A stretch of 42,605 nucleotides of DNA. It comes from Paraglomus brasilianum (lineage: Eukaryota). Made by a program: the position numbers and the translations under genes. The stretch is taken from positions 1 to 42,605 of the forward strand of contig CAJVPI010000206.1 of assembly GCA_910592345.1 (NCBI GenBank). Direction: 5' to 3'. A model generated the notes under the pieces. It saw only the letters and a program-made list of their open reading frames with translations. It did not search any database and was not told the DNA's origin. Of the stretch, positions 11,201 to 25,099 are shown one piece after another. Within the stretch, counting starts at the first letter, position 1. Each line of letters opens with the position of its first letter.

Positions 11201-14200
11201 ATAATTTCACCATCAATGGAACATATCAGTATTATTCTTTTGTCGATCCGAGTCATGTGGAATCGGTTTCTTTGAACATGAAGGTTTGTAACGCCTTGCA
11301 CTTCGCACGCTGTTATAGATCACGTATTTCACTAATAACAACTATGATATATTTCGACCTGCAGGGGAAAAAAGTTAATTTAAAACTCTTTGGTTTTGTT
11401 GTTCGATATTTTATAATCATCCTGGAGAATTACGCTGGAGATTATATTAATTTTGTGACGTTGGAAGAGTATGCCAGAGAAAGGTCATCTCCCGTATCCG
11501 ATCGGCGAATGCCATCAAAGGTAAAGCGCTTTGAATTGAATATGCAACTATATTTTGTACTATTTTTTATGCGGATTCCTTCTTTCATAGCCTCCCGCAG
11601 ATCTTTTTGAAGTCTATTTGGTCTTGGTGATTGAAGATGGTTCTTTGTCACTTCCGGAAAATTTGTATACAGCCGAGAATTGTTCGACTATTCAATTTCA
11701 TGAATTGCAGCTCGAACTGAGAAATCTTGATCTCTACATGGGTAATATTTATGAATAATACATTTTTGTTCAGATACTCGATTAGTACCCGTATTGACCA
11801 ATGTATGTTTTCAAATAGATATGGATATTACTGTTAGTCCTCTCACAATAGTATTGGATCAGGAAGATGTTGCAAGAAAGCATTCGAGATTGAGACTGCA
11901 GAATAATTATCTGTTTTTAGACGGTAAATCCATTATGATCGTAACACCTCGATAAGTGTAGACTCTTCCTAATACATACTCTCCTATCCAGACCTTAATA
12001 TTTACGCCCATCGCTTGTATGGTCCGAGGCCAAAGACAGCTGCTTATGTTTGTAATTGGGATATCAATCTTGGCACAATTTCAGGGCAGTTGAGGCCGCC
12101 ATTTTTGCTAAGCCTTTCTTCCTTTGCGAGGGCATTTGCCTATCACCTTGTCGATGAAGAAAGTGCTTTACCCATAGAGTTTGCTAATCCAGACGTCACG
12201 TTTTTGAACGTGAAAGTCAAGGACGTTGACGTATCTATTCGGTGTCGTGATAGGTATTAAGAAGACGTTGAGTGCTTTTAAACCATTGTACATCTAGAGC
12301 TAAAAGACGTTTTACTTGGATGATTTGTAGCTGTTCGCAAATTTTGTTAAGTGAGGGGATTTGCGTCCAATATGATAACCTAGCAAACGAGAAGTACTTG
12401 CAAAGGGTAGTATTAAAAATACCAGAACTATTCATAAAGAGCTTGGCAATGGTTGCAACCCCTGGATCACCAGTCGATGTTGGGTTTGACGTGGAGGACT
12501 ACCCTTGGGTTGAAGTTGCCAACTTTGAGACCGCTTTTGACGTAACTTTATTCCGAACAGAATCTGGATGGCGACAGCGCTTTAATTCCCAACAAGCTTT
12601 CATAAAGGAACAAGATAACGAGACGTTACGCGCGCCATTTCTTTATGAAAAGTATAAAGGTCACCTAAGATCGACAAAAACCAATAATGATACCATCTAC
12701 GCACCTCCGATGCCACCTCCTATATTGGACGATATGGACAGTGGTCCCCCACGTTATAGAAGTAATGATTTATCTTCTGACATACTGGCCGACCATAAAA
12801 ACGTATTTCGGTTTGGTACAAGATATGGCCTTTTCGATGAAACGGATGACTTGGTTGAGAATATTGATAGCGAAGGTTTGAAAACTGATAATGATAGGTT
12901 TGTAATGTAATAGTCAGCGGAATTGGTTGTGTGCCGACAGCTTATGATTTATTTCTCTCTCAGCGTGACTGGATCTGCTGTCAGTATTTCAAACACATCT
13001 TTTGTAACCGCATCTGACGGCGATACAACGGATGAAGAACTTGACTCAAGTAATAGTGAATTCAGCTACGATACATTTCATGGGAGAAGATATGAAACAG
13101 AAACCTACGTTGACAGTAAGTCGTATTCTACATATTTTGTTGCTTGCTTACAATCATTGACTATCTGCTTTTTGTGCAGCAATCAATTATGAAAGCAATT
13201 ATCCTCGTCGTGCACGCTTTAGTCATCAAATTGAAAACGTAGTATCTCAGTCAGAACCAATGTCTATTCCATATGGGCGTTACCTGAGACGTTATAAGCA
13301 CAAATCCCAGGCGCCACAGTTTACAAGCTCTTTCTTACGACCTTCTCGGTTATCTTTTGAGCCTGCTCGGGTAAATCTTACTTTTAAGCTTTTATTGTGA
13401 GACCGTGTCAATCCATATTTGTTAATTATAATCATTAATCACATTAAGAAACATGAAAACCCCTCTATTGGCGAGACGGACAGTCCAAGCTATACGTCAT
13501 CGACATTTTCTAAAATGATGAATGAAGAAGCCATTGAACCGTCTATCGAGGAAGATAGCGAAACTTCAATGACTATAATTTTCGAAGCAACTAAACCGAT
13601 TAAAGTATTATTGACACCTATTTTCCTCAGAATCATTCAGGAGATATTAGAGGCTATCAGCAACGAAAACTGGAACATGGAAGCCATGCTTGATGCTATG
13701 CAGATAGATTATATCAGCAAGTTGAACAGCATTACTTTGTTCGAATATGACACAGCTAGATTGGTCGCTAGTATTCCCAAAATTCACTTGCATTTTATAC
13801 AAGACGTTCTTCTTCCAGACGATTTAACAAAAGTTATCGACGAAAATTCAAGTATAAGAACAAGATATGATCTTACAGACACTATGCTCTGCACGGCTGA
13901 CTTAGTGTTAGAACGGACGCTGTTTACTGGACTTTTAAAATTCAAAGATGTAAAGTTTGACAAAAACGCAGGCAAGAATACAGAGCCTGATTGGCATTTG
14001 GATGAACTAAGAACGAATCTGGAGTTGGATGCATTGAAACTTAACGTCAGATTTGTGACCGCCACTAAGTCTGTCGGAGTGTTTGGGATACCGGAAAAAA
14101 TGCATGGATTTACTGATGCAGCTTTTGAAGTTGATGTGTTGGATGATGATCCGGTAGTGTTGCATGTTTCTTTGAAACAACTGAAGATAAAGTTGTCTCG

Positions 14201-17200
14201 TTTGATGCAACCAAACGAATTCGCTTTTAACATGGAAAATCTTATAGCGATTTCCGTGGCTCAATCGGCAGAGATATTTACGGGTGCAGTTTATTCTTGG
14301 TTAATTTTTATAGATGATATTGCAAAAATATTAAGTGATTTTTTGAAACGAAGAAAAAGACAATTGCAAGTATTAGTGTCGCAGATAGCGTCTTTTTCTA
14401 ACAAGGCTAGAATCGAGAGTGATCCATCGCACTTGACACGACCATCTCATTTATTGCGGCTGAAGGTAAAGACTTTTAAAAACGATGATGGATGGAAAAT
14501 ATTAGGACGTTTACGTCATTGCAAGAGGGAAATGGAAAAGTCAACCGAAACAATGAACAAAGTTAAAACACTGCTTACTTGCAAGGAATTGCACGTGAAT
14601 GACTCAAATGCAATGTATGTTACAGCGGTAAAGGCCTTTTCTACATGGCGGCATTGGGAAATAGGAGATCTTTCAAAGAGTCATTTCTTTACCAAAGTAT
14701 TTGATCGACCACACCCCACTGATTTACCTGCACGCACAGTTAACATTCCACATTTTATTGCCTCTTCAACCAATATTGGAAAGCTTTACATTGGCTTAAT
14801 ATCTTTATCTGTTTTGGAAGAAAACCGTGAGAATTCGGTGAAAGTTGGACCGCTTGCGATCGACGCCGAAAGCAGTTATCGTTCTGGCCTTCCGATAGTT
14901 GAAACTATGCAGGAACCCCCTCTTTCTCCCTTCAGGTTTGGCAACGTTGATTCTGGCAAAAACATAATGACAGCCTTAGAAGGTTATCTATATGTTGTGC
15001 TTAAAGTTCAGTTGAACCAAGTTGCTGTAGATGTCAATCCGGATATGTTGGCATTTGCGAAGCATTGGCTCAGAGTGCAGCGCGTATTTGCAACAAGACG
15101 GGACACGATGTCTGCTGAAATCAAATTTAGCAGAACTGATGTGATTGCCGGTGGTTCCAAAAATGTGGGTCACAAGTCAACTTCAACCATTACTAGTCTG
15201 CAAGAGATTAAAACTGTAAAATATAAAGAAAAGATATCGAATATCGATAAGAGAAAAGCGACCAAACTTAATTTATGGGCTCGTCTTGAGGTTGTTGCTC
15301 ATGCATTGGTATTTGTTGAAACAGTTGCGCTGTCTGCATCGGCGCAACAATTACTTGGCAGAGCACAATTTTCTAGCATCAATATTTCAGCACTGTTGCA
15401 TAGTCCTCAAGCGATGCAACTGATAGAAAGGCTTGAAATTGAAAATTCATCGATTGGTCATAGTTCGGTAAAAGCTGGGTCTCGTGGAAGTGGTCGATCG
15501 TCACATAAACTGAAATTTACAGCGGCTGGCGGTATGAGGAAAGCAGTAATGACAATTAAAGAACTAAACCCTTCGTCACAAAAACAAGTAACATTATTGT
15601 CAGTGAAGGTATCGAAAGTTTGTGGCAATGTCACTCTCAGTAAGCTGACTTCCCCACGAAATCGTACTAAAGGCGACGCCGAAAGGAAACTCTTGAACAC
15701 ATTTGTTGGCATAAAGAAAGTTTCTGTAGAATTGCCAGAATCTTTATTGAAATTGTTTAGATTTGTTGAACAATGGCAAGAGGAAAATCTTCCCCAGTAT
15801 GACTTTTTGTTCAAGAGGTTGATGAATGAGTGGGAAGTGCAACGCAAGAAGTCATCTAAGGATGTCATGTCTATTGATTCGCTTGAAAAGGCTACTGAGA
15901 AATTCCCGCTTGAGATCAAGTTTCAATTTTTGCTTGAAAGACTTTCGTTTGTCTCTAATTTGCTTCCTTCTCTCCAGTTAAGGTACCATGCTTATAATTT
16001 CATGGCTATGTCACAGAAAGGAAGCACTACCAAAGGAAATATCATTACACATTGTTTGGGGCAATTAAAAAAACAAGAGATTCATTTTGTCACTAGGCAG
16101 TCGCAAAAGGGTAAGAAACCAACATTAGAGACCACAAGCGATAGTAGAGATGAGTATAAGCAAGAAACCGCATTTTCAATCCCGGCTATCAGAGCAACTG
16201 GAAGCATGAGACCGCACGCGAATAAGAAAGTTACTTCATTGAAAAAAGGCAACACGCTAGTCCAACAGAAATATTCGCAGCTAGAATCTTCGTTAACGTT
16301 AGATTCCGTTAAGCTGGGCCTCAATGTCAACATAATTGATCATCTCCTCACTACCCAGTCTCTGCTTAGTAGTGAGCTGAACGATGCTTTAGAGTTATTT
16401 ATTTTTTCATCGAAAAAATACAAGGAGAGAAGTGCCTCTCATAGAAGTTCGAGTTCGAGTTTCGTGCCAGAACCAACAACAGGAAATTGTGAGAACAAAT
16501 TGATATATACAGTCAGGATTGCACTTCGCGGACTAAGAATAGCAGCGGCGAGTCCGACAGCTGTCGTGTTTTTTGAAACTAATGTTCTCAATGGTCTAAT
16601 TACTAATGATCCTATGATATCTGGAGCGAAAAAGACTGATCAACCCGGATGGAAGTTTTCTGCACAAAAATTTACGTTGTCTCTCAATCCAAATACTAGT
16701 TTTATGAATCAAGCGTCTGCTGATGAGGATATTCGCAAATACCGAATTGCATATATACTGATTGATCTAGCACTGCAGAATTTTAGAGACAAGAGAGCAA
16801 CAGACGTGTCTGAAAGCGTGATGCCTGAGGAAATTGATGTACTCGAGTCTTATTTTTTAAAACTATTAAAAGTGCATGCTGTTATGCAGCCACTAGCACT
16901 TGGAAGACTCATGGATTTATATGTTTACTATAGCAGCGAATTGGATAGACGAAAAGAATTGAAGGCATCCGATATTAACGAATTGGCCAACAATACGCGC
17001 AAGATTATCAACTCATTCAATGTTGACTTACCTAAATACAAAAAAACGAGTAAATTATTACTGGATGAGAAGATTTTTTCTCTTGAAATTATTCAATTTG
17101 CAGTCGCGTTACCATTAGATTTACGCGAGGAAATGATTCTAACAAGTCAAAATAATGGTGAAATATCCATACCACAAACACCAGCGTTACTATTTTCTTC

Positions 17201-20090
17201 TTCCTCAATGAATTTCATTGCTAGACAATGGAAATCTGCTTGTGCTTCGATTAAGAAGTTGTCTCTTCAGTTTGTCAATCAATTTGATTCAGGTATCGAA
17301 GATCCATTCTCGTCCGCAATCAAAGATGAGAAAATGAATAGGGTTAACTATCCAGAAATATACTGTAAGGTTCATGCGACAGGCACGAAAAGCAACAAGT
17401 TTATTAGTGTGGACTCCCGTGTTGAAGGTTTTGACATACATATTAGTGGAGATATTGTTAATTATATTAATACACTTAATGAAATCTATGCGACCAGTCG
17501 AGAACGATTTGAGACGTTTGCAGCTGAAGCGAATATTGGGTCACAACTTCACTTACAGTCAAAATCTAAATCGACTTTAACAAATCCTGTCGAAGAATCG
17601 TCTATCGCTGTCAATCTAGAGGTACAGATAGCATTTGCAGCCAAAAGTGGGGTTATGAGACTTTACCCAAAGAATTTCCTAGAACATCAGCAGGCGAAAA
17701 GATCGAGCAGGGGCTCGGGGAAAAGGCCCTCGATACGCTCAGCAAGTACTAATAGTGGAATTCATCTTCAGCACAGTGTTTCCAGTTACGATATCTATTC
17801 ATTAGATGACACTTCCAAACTGGAGGAAAGCGGGATAGATTCTATTACTATACCTGGACTAAGCTTGAATACGACGTATAGGACTGTGCTAGGTGAAATG
17901 GTCTCTTCTTCGGCTCAGCAGATAGCTAAGCGTGCTCACGTCGAACTTATTGTTCACCCTAGCGAGAACATTTTCCTTCCCTCTTTGGTACCGTTTATTA
18001 AAGATATAATCAATGGGTTAAAAATAGGTGTTCAAAGATCGAGTGATAAGAAAGCGACAGCAGTGGAAAAGAGTGAATCTTCAATATACGGAATAGACTT
18101 TACGTTTTATTTTATGCTCTCTCGTACGAAATTCGAGCTAAGTTGCAGGCCGACAAGCGTTTCCTGTATTGTTATTTGGGAAGAAGGTAATTTCCTTGTT
18201 TCTTCCAATAGCAGTAACAGTGGGCAAAGTCTTACTCTCGTAGGGAAGATAAGAGGAGCGTCTGCTAAAGTTCGACATAAATTATCACCAGACGATGACA
18301 ACAGTGCGAGCGCTGAAACAAAGGATATTTCTTTCAATGCAACATTGATGAGTCGGCGAACTGATACTGTTAGTGATGATTCGATATCCATCATTGTTGA
18401 CATGCCTCATATAACTGCCGGGCTTAATATCAGGCTGTTGCAGGAGTTATTAGTACTGAAAGCTATCTGGTTAGATCAAGCTACCAAATTGTATGAAGAA
18501 AGCATGCAGGGTGATATGTCAAGGGACGTTTCCAGAAATTACTCTCGTGTGGCTAGTAATGTGAATACTGAAGCAAAAGCAAAGCCATATTCCGTCTATA
18601 TTATGCTTCGTTTACAAGAACTCGATTTATCAAGCGATTTAGGGCAAGCAATCGGACAAGTTCGGTTCAAGACCAAGAATATCAGAGTGAAAACAAAGCG
18701 CGTCCCTAATGCTATAAGAAGTGCAATGGTATCAACAGATCTACTTGATATTGTAGCCGATGGTCGTCTCAAGGGATTTGCCAGTATGACTGGGCTTAAT
18801 CTATTCACTTTTCTACAACGTCCTCCTACTTCTCAAACTGATGTCAGAACTTCAGTTAGTAAGTTTTTGTTTAAAACCGAACAGATAAAGTCGTCATTAG
18901 AATACGAATATCAAAAGATTCTTGTTGCTGAGATTGATCCTATGGAATTAACGGTTAATGACCAATGGGGTGGCGTGAATGAAGGCCGAATATCGACGTT
19001 AGTTCATACTCAAGTCGTTACTACCAGAGTGCAAGCATTGGCATCGATCAAGACAATTCCAGTATTTATCAATATGGGCGATAAATTAATGGCATTGATT
19101 GAAGGGAAACGATCATCAGTAGCTAACATGACAAATAAGCTAGTTTCACCACCATCGCTAGGGACTACCGAACATGTTGAAACAGGTTCTAATACAAATG
19201 GCTCGGCAAGTGAGTTGCAACAAGTATTGAAAGATTTAATTGTCGATGGAATACCAATTAGTCTGATTGGAAAGATAACACTTAACATTGGACTGATACA
19301 TATCACAGTCTTCCCCAACCACTTCTCTGACGTCGATTGTGTTCAGGCTAAATCGGATGGACTAGTATTGAATTTAAAGAGGAATACCGAGAATTCTACT
19401 ACGTTACATCGAGACCTAGATATGCAATTGAATAATTTATCACTAACGAAAGGACTATGCAAAAAATTTGTTCATAAAGACGGGCCGACTCGAACGATAC
19501 AAGCATGGTTTGATCATGTGGCTGTCCAATCGGCTAAGAACATATTCTCACTCCCCCGCACTCACTTGTTGATGGAGACGTGGACGCCAATGGCATCGGA
19601 TAATAATATTGTGAATCATAAATTTGTAACAGACTTTGGTGGTAAAGTAGATATCGCGTTGAATTTTGGACTTATTCTTTATCTTCAAGAACTTGGCGTA
19701 CTTTATAAAGAGCAGCTTCGAAGACTTGCGCTCGGAACTAGCGATCAGCTGAAGTTGCCCACGTTTACCGACAAGTCAAAGTTACAAATAGACACTGGAG
19801 ATGTTACAACTGCCGAGTCTGGTAGTAAAGCAGCGAAATCAAGTACAGCCGAACCAGAGAAAACCAACAAGGAAAAGAAAACTATCCAATATAAACCCGT
19901 TGAGCAAGTTAAACTGGAACCACAGTTGAGAATAATGGGCGATGCTACTCCACCGTTAGAATGGGCTGGATTGCAGAGAGCGAAAGTACCTGGTTTTGTG
20001 CATACAAGTGTTACATTGAATTTGGACGAAGTTTTGTCTTTAGTGGATAATGTTTATCGACAGGAATTACAGGGTTTTTTGTCAAACTAA
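8263..20090 (+). CDS. CSF1: Csf1 / BLTP1 (KIAA1109-like) bridge-like lipid transfer protein; ~20 introns followed by a ~6.6 kb terminal exon
   Basis: N-terminal TM helix plus Csf1_N-type motifs (FYSNRVLGRLLS..IRAITWRKYRAYIEI, LAGRILFKNLKY, GSVTWRYW, INYGPWADRQR, YGPRPKTAAYVCNWD). The C-terminus reads LEPQLRIMGDATPPLEWAGL; 2223-aa terminal ORF. Confidence 0.93.
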
Positions 20091-20116
20091 TATCGTTTAC
20101 TGCTTGAGACTATAGT

Positions 20117-20922
20117 TTAATCCATTAATTCCCAAAGATAATTTGCCAGAAAATGTTGAGAATGGCCTGGATCGAGCATAACAGTTCGCACATCTTTGCC
20201 AACTAATATGAATAAAATAGAGTAATTGTTACTATCAAACACGTGTTAGATTCAGCTTTAGCACATTCACTTACAGACAAGTGCTCGCATGTAGTTGCCA
20301 TTTGAATCTTCCAAGAATGTAAGACCCAGCTGTTGATAAAGCAGCAACTGAAGACTAAATAATAGAATCGAAGAGATTAAACATAGCTCCACGTAATTGT
20401 CATAAATTCTAAATGTGTTAACATACGCAATGTTACTGTCTTTAGGTTGAATTGTGTCTTCCACATTAGCATTCTTCAGTCTCTCTAATTCGTCCTGTAA
20501 CAACTGTAATCTCTCTTGATGGGCAGTGATATCATTATCCAATTTATTAATAGATTTTTTCAAAACTCGATTTTTGTTGTCCAAGTCAGTCATCTGCTGT
20601 TGATGTTCCTCGGCACTAAACTGGTCTTCTGACCGCGTAGCTTGCTTTTTAGCAGCCGTGAGTTTACGAGATAAATCTTGAGAATATATGTGACGTCATC
20701 AAGAATGAAGAGAACGTGTTTTAACAACGATTAAGAGTAAAAAGGCAGTAGCCAAGGGCAACTGGTAATAAATCATAGAAAACCTCTTAAAATGGTTCGA
20801 GATTCATCAGATTGTTTCCTCCGTATTTCTTCGGTTCGCTGAACGTCATCAATGGCGCTTTTGATTATCTCTAAGTGTTCGCCCGCAGTAAACGTTTTTG
20901 CACTTTCAAAAAGTTCCGACAT
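20117..20922 (-). CDS. SPC24: Kinetochore Ndc80-complex subunit Spc24
   Basis: Coiled-coil N-terminal half, then LQLLLYQQLGLTFLED and a C-terminal HSQHFLANYLWELMD* typical of the Spc24 globular domain; GT-AG introns. Confidence 0.8.
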
Positions 20923-22257
20923 TTTACGAAATGAAAATTATGATAGCAATAAAAGTACGTGTTTGATTGTGAAACTTAAAGTAGTCACGCGAAATTATAA
21001 CCAAAATCGGCGGGCTCGTGATTTGAAGTCACATAAGCCACAAAAAAACTTAATATATTATGGACAACGAAACCATTACACCACAACATCTTTAGTAAAG
21101 ACGATAGGGAGAGCGGTTGAGTTATTTTCATCAACGCTTCCTTTACTCAGGGACTCGACGGATAAACCAATCAAACGCCGAATAGCTTGTATGTAATAAA
21201 CATTAGTCAAGTTATTTATCAAGCTCAAATTTGAGGGTGTTACACGTATCACGTTATTGTCATCAAGTGTCAGTTCTCTCTCTTGTCAGTCAACCAAGTT
21301 ATGTTTTTCAAAAAAGACACTGGCCGTGATTCTCAGCGCTGAGGATACCTAATAGTATTGTTATGCAATTGGAGAACACTGGGCAGCTGAAACCTTTCAT
21401 GACCTTATTCTGGGGGTATATCCAAAGTTCTCACTCAATTCGGATACAAAAACACTTGCCTGCACAAAAGTTCCCAACCCAAATCCCAAAAGAAAATTGC
21501 CCCCAAAAAATTTATTAATATTATTACGTTAATTACGTGACAAATTGGTTAGTAACCTGTATAAAATAAAAACCCTGCACGCGATGAATTCGACTACCAA
21601 AAAGACGGAGAAATTTATTTCGTATAGTGTCATTTCATTATTGAAACAAGATCTGCTTGTAATTGGTTGGTAGAATAGCATTTTCTTTTTCCCACTATCA
21701 TGTAGAATGCTAAATATTACTATTACCTGATGAATTCTGGCTATTGATAATATTACAACTAGTAGGTCTTATTGTTAAGAAACATGTCTTGGTATGAAGG
21801 AAATCATATGTTGAGTCCTTCGTTTCTTTTGCAAATGCAAACTACTACTACGTATGTACAATGAAAAATGTCGCTTCAGATTTATATTATTGGCTGTCCT
21901 GATATTAAATGTGTGGTGCTACATTCTGATTTGCTGATCTTGATCTGGGGAAAAACTTTGCCCAATACTGAAACGTTTGTTTCTAATCCTTCTTATTTAC
22001 CCAACTACTTATACATTGATATGCAGTCTGCGCGTTTTGTTGGGAGCGAATTCGGTGAGTGTTTTGAGGTTATTCTTGAAAGATTCATTATTTAATGACG
22101 AGCTATCCGCAAATGATCACATGATTACATAATACGATAAAAAGTTCTGCAATTCAGAAACATCAATTATAATGACTTCTTATGTCAGCGCAATATCAGT
22201 TGTTGACTCGTGTTTATTTTTAATTTAACAGGTCGAGGCCCTTCTATTATTGATTAT

Positions 22258-23624
22258 TCACGAATTCTTTTTCTTCCATCCTTGTGGGTTCAATCCCTTT
22301 GATTCAAAGACAACAACAAGTTCGCTCAATAAATCGTTACAGAATTTATCAACGGGAAGATCCTTCACATATAGGAATAATTCGTTAATGTTGACTATGT
22401 TCTCCGCAAGCCAATCGATTCTTGATACTTACATTTGCATCGTATCCAAACGGATTCTCAATCTCTTTTCCAATTGCATCAACACCAAAGAATGTAAATG
22501 CAGCAATTGCAGTGATAGGAATGCAATACCAACCAGTCTGGGTGTACAATTGGGGAGGTAATGAAACACAATATAATGTGACCATTTGCTGTAAAAATTT
22601 GAGAAGTTTTTTATCCGAGTGAGTTGGCGTTTATACATATATAAAATTTCCATTCTACTAATACACTGTGATGCCGTAAGTAAGCCGCTCGCGTGATGCG
22701 CAATTTTCCACTAGATTTCGAGTTTGAAAAACTCGAAATTAGTGGTGGGTGCTATTCACAGCAGTATACCATAATTTCAGTCAATAATATCATGTATTAC
22801 CCTCAAATGTATCATGAATGCGAGTGGAATTGGAGTGGTCAGAATTCTCTCGAACGATGATAATTGTTCAGTCATAGAATGAGTTAATGCGCTCAAATGA
22901 TTAAATATGCCATGATCCAATCTGCCGTGATGTTTAAACATGCTGGAGTAAGTGAACAAGAGAGTGAGAATTTCCAATGGCAAATTATCAACAAATTTAT
23001 TCGTGTCGCGTCTTCCTCTCCTTTCTTTGTCAACTCTTCCATTCCGACGCTTCTCAATAACCGCAAGATATCCCTGTGGTAAGCGATCGGTGAGATCTGA
23101 ATATTGATACCCATCCTCCCCACGAAGATGATACTTGATGGCAAAAGCAAAAGCCACAAGGAGATTCATTGCATCGATAACGTCGTCATCATCAACTCCA
23201 TCGGCTTCACGCTCAACACTATACCAAAGCACTCGGGAAAAACTTCGGATATTGCCAGTGAGCGAACTCCATAGCTTACGACCTGTGTATGAAGCCACGA
23301 TTATAAATAATCTAATAACTTTTCTGAATATCACCTTAATTTACCATTCACTCTCTACTAACCTTCCCACCATCTGTCATAGCTACTGTTAGCCCTAAGA
23401 CTCACCAACAATCCAGTTACAATAGTTAATATTGGCACCAATGATACATGTAACAGCGGTGCTAGCCCCACGCTTGCAAAGAACACGAATACTGTTGAAT
23501 ATGCTGCAAAAATTACAACAGGAACAAGCACCCTAGGAAACACTGAGCCTCTGAAATAGAGGAATAGTGGGCGCTTCTTAAAGGCATCCTGGAAATAAAA
23601 TGTAAATGAAGAATCAATAGACAT
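22258..23624 (-). CDS. Bestrophin/UPF0187 (YneE/VCCN-like) anion channel; 5' end uncertain
   Basis: FRGSVFPRV, GLLVSLRANSSYDRWWEGRKLW, FERILTTPIPLAFMIHL, GVDAIGKEIENPFGYDANDLPVDKFC. Confidence 0.9.
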
Positions 23625-25099
23625 TTTTTATAAAGTTGTGGAATGTAAGGGTCCTTACATATTTGTACGACTAGATGTTATTCCATACTAGTGCCCTATG
23701 TCCGGCGGTACATATTGTGTAGACTCGAATTAAAACGTAAGACCAGTCGTATCCGATAGGACTAGAGGCCCAAGATGTTCGGTTGCTGCTAGCCCCAATA
23801 CTAATGCTATTCCAACCATGTGTGGAAGAAATGGGGATATCATAAATCAATTGTTGTCTCTTGATAATGATGTAACGTATAATGCATCTGTTCCGTTAAA
23901 GAGTAGCAAGAATAAAATCGTTAATTGTCCTTGCAATATTGATATGATCGGGTAAGGCTACTATTAAAAAGGTGTCAGAAGTGGTATATGGGAATGGTAC
24001 CACTTATTGAGGTACAATCTCTTATCCAGTTCAGATAATAATTAATAACTGGCCTTTGTCGGCAATAATAAAAAAGATTCGTAATCATTCTATTTTATCA
24101 ATAAATGCCGTATCGGTATAGAACATTAATTATGACCATCGTTCTCGTTAGCTTTTTTTTGATACTCAAATAGAAGAACATAAGGAAAAGTAAAGTTAAC
24201 GTAAAAGCTTCTTGCGACCATCAACAAAGGATCGTTCCTCATAGTCTTCGAATTTGACACTGTGAACGCGATAGGCTAAACATGAGGGTTCTTCTCATCA
24301 TCGCTTCATTATGGGCCTGTATGTATTAGCCACTGCGCATATGACTCGCCACACATGTCTAGACGATACCACGTATTTTTTCTAAGATTCAGGAAGCATA
24401 GCCTACCAAACGCGGAGTACTTAGCGTTTAGCCAAGCATTACTTATACCCTTTCTTAGTTCAGTGTATGAGATAATAACTCTTCACAAGGCGTTTTGAGC
24501 GATAATCCTATCACAACGGTAACTCGTCAAATCGTCATACTGTCAGAGGCTATGGTTCAGTGAATTAGATAGTAATACTAATTATAATTATAAACACTCT
24601 CAATTGTCAATTGAGGAGATAACTGTCGAATAAGAGAAATTTCCACTACCAAGCATGAGCCATTATAGGTAGAATATTTTATCCAACCGTTATATCTGTG
24701 CGCTTACAAAGCGACACGTACATTTTTCATACATACTAATATAGGGACAATATAACAAACGTGAATAAAAAATAAAAACAAAGACAAAAAAAACAACGAA
24801 TGATATATTTATATAAAGAAATATAAAAAAAAATTACAGATGCAGTGGTTAGTACGGGTTGGATTCATTTATCGATAATTTTTTGTTCAGAACGAGAGTT
24901 AGAAACTCAAAACATGAACAGACTTGCTTTTGCAAGCCGGGACAACCTGCGCGTTTACGCTTCTGAGAACTAATTTCTAACTATCGCATTGAATTAATGT
25001 CCAATAATAAATTAAATTGTAAGCATTAATATTAAATTCGAAATGTTCATTTTTTGTAAATACAAAAGTACTAGAGTGATTGCATGGAGGAAGATACTC

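Noticed and set aside
13784..19318. Several 60-150 aa antisense ORFs within the CSF1 terminal exon
   Set aside because: Expected stop-poor shadows of a long coding exon.
23730..23843. 37-aa hydrophobic ORF upstream of bestrophin (MISPFLPHMVGIALVLGLAA...)
   Set aside because: Cannot be spliced in frame to the bestrophin exons using the visible donor, and there is no evidence it is translated; possibly a uORF but unsupported.
24841..24866. TGCAGTGGTTAGTAC-GGGTTGGATTC, resembling tRNA A and B boxes
   Set aside because: No anticodon arm or acceptor stem; too short to call a tRNA or SINE.
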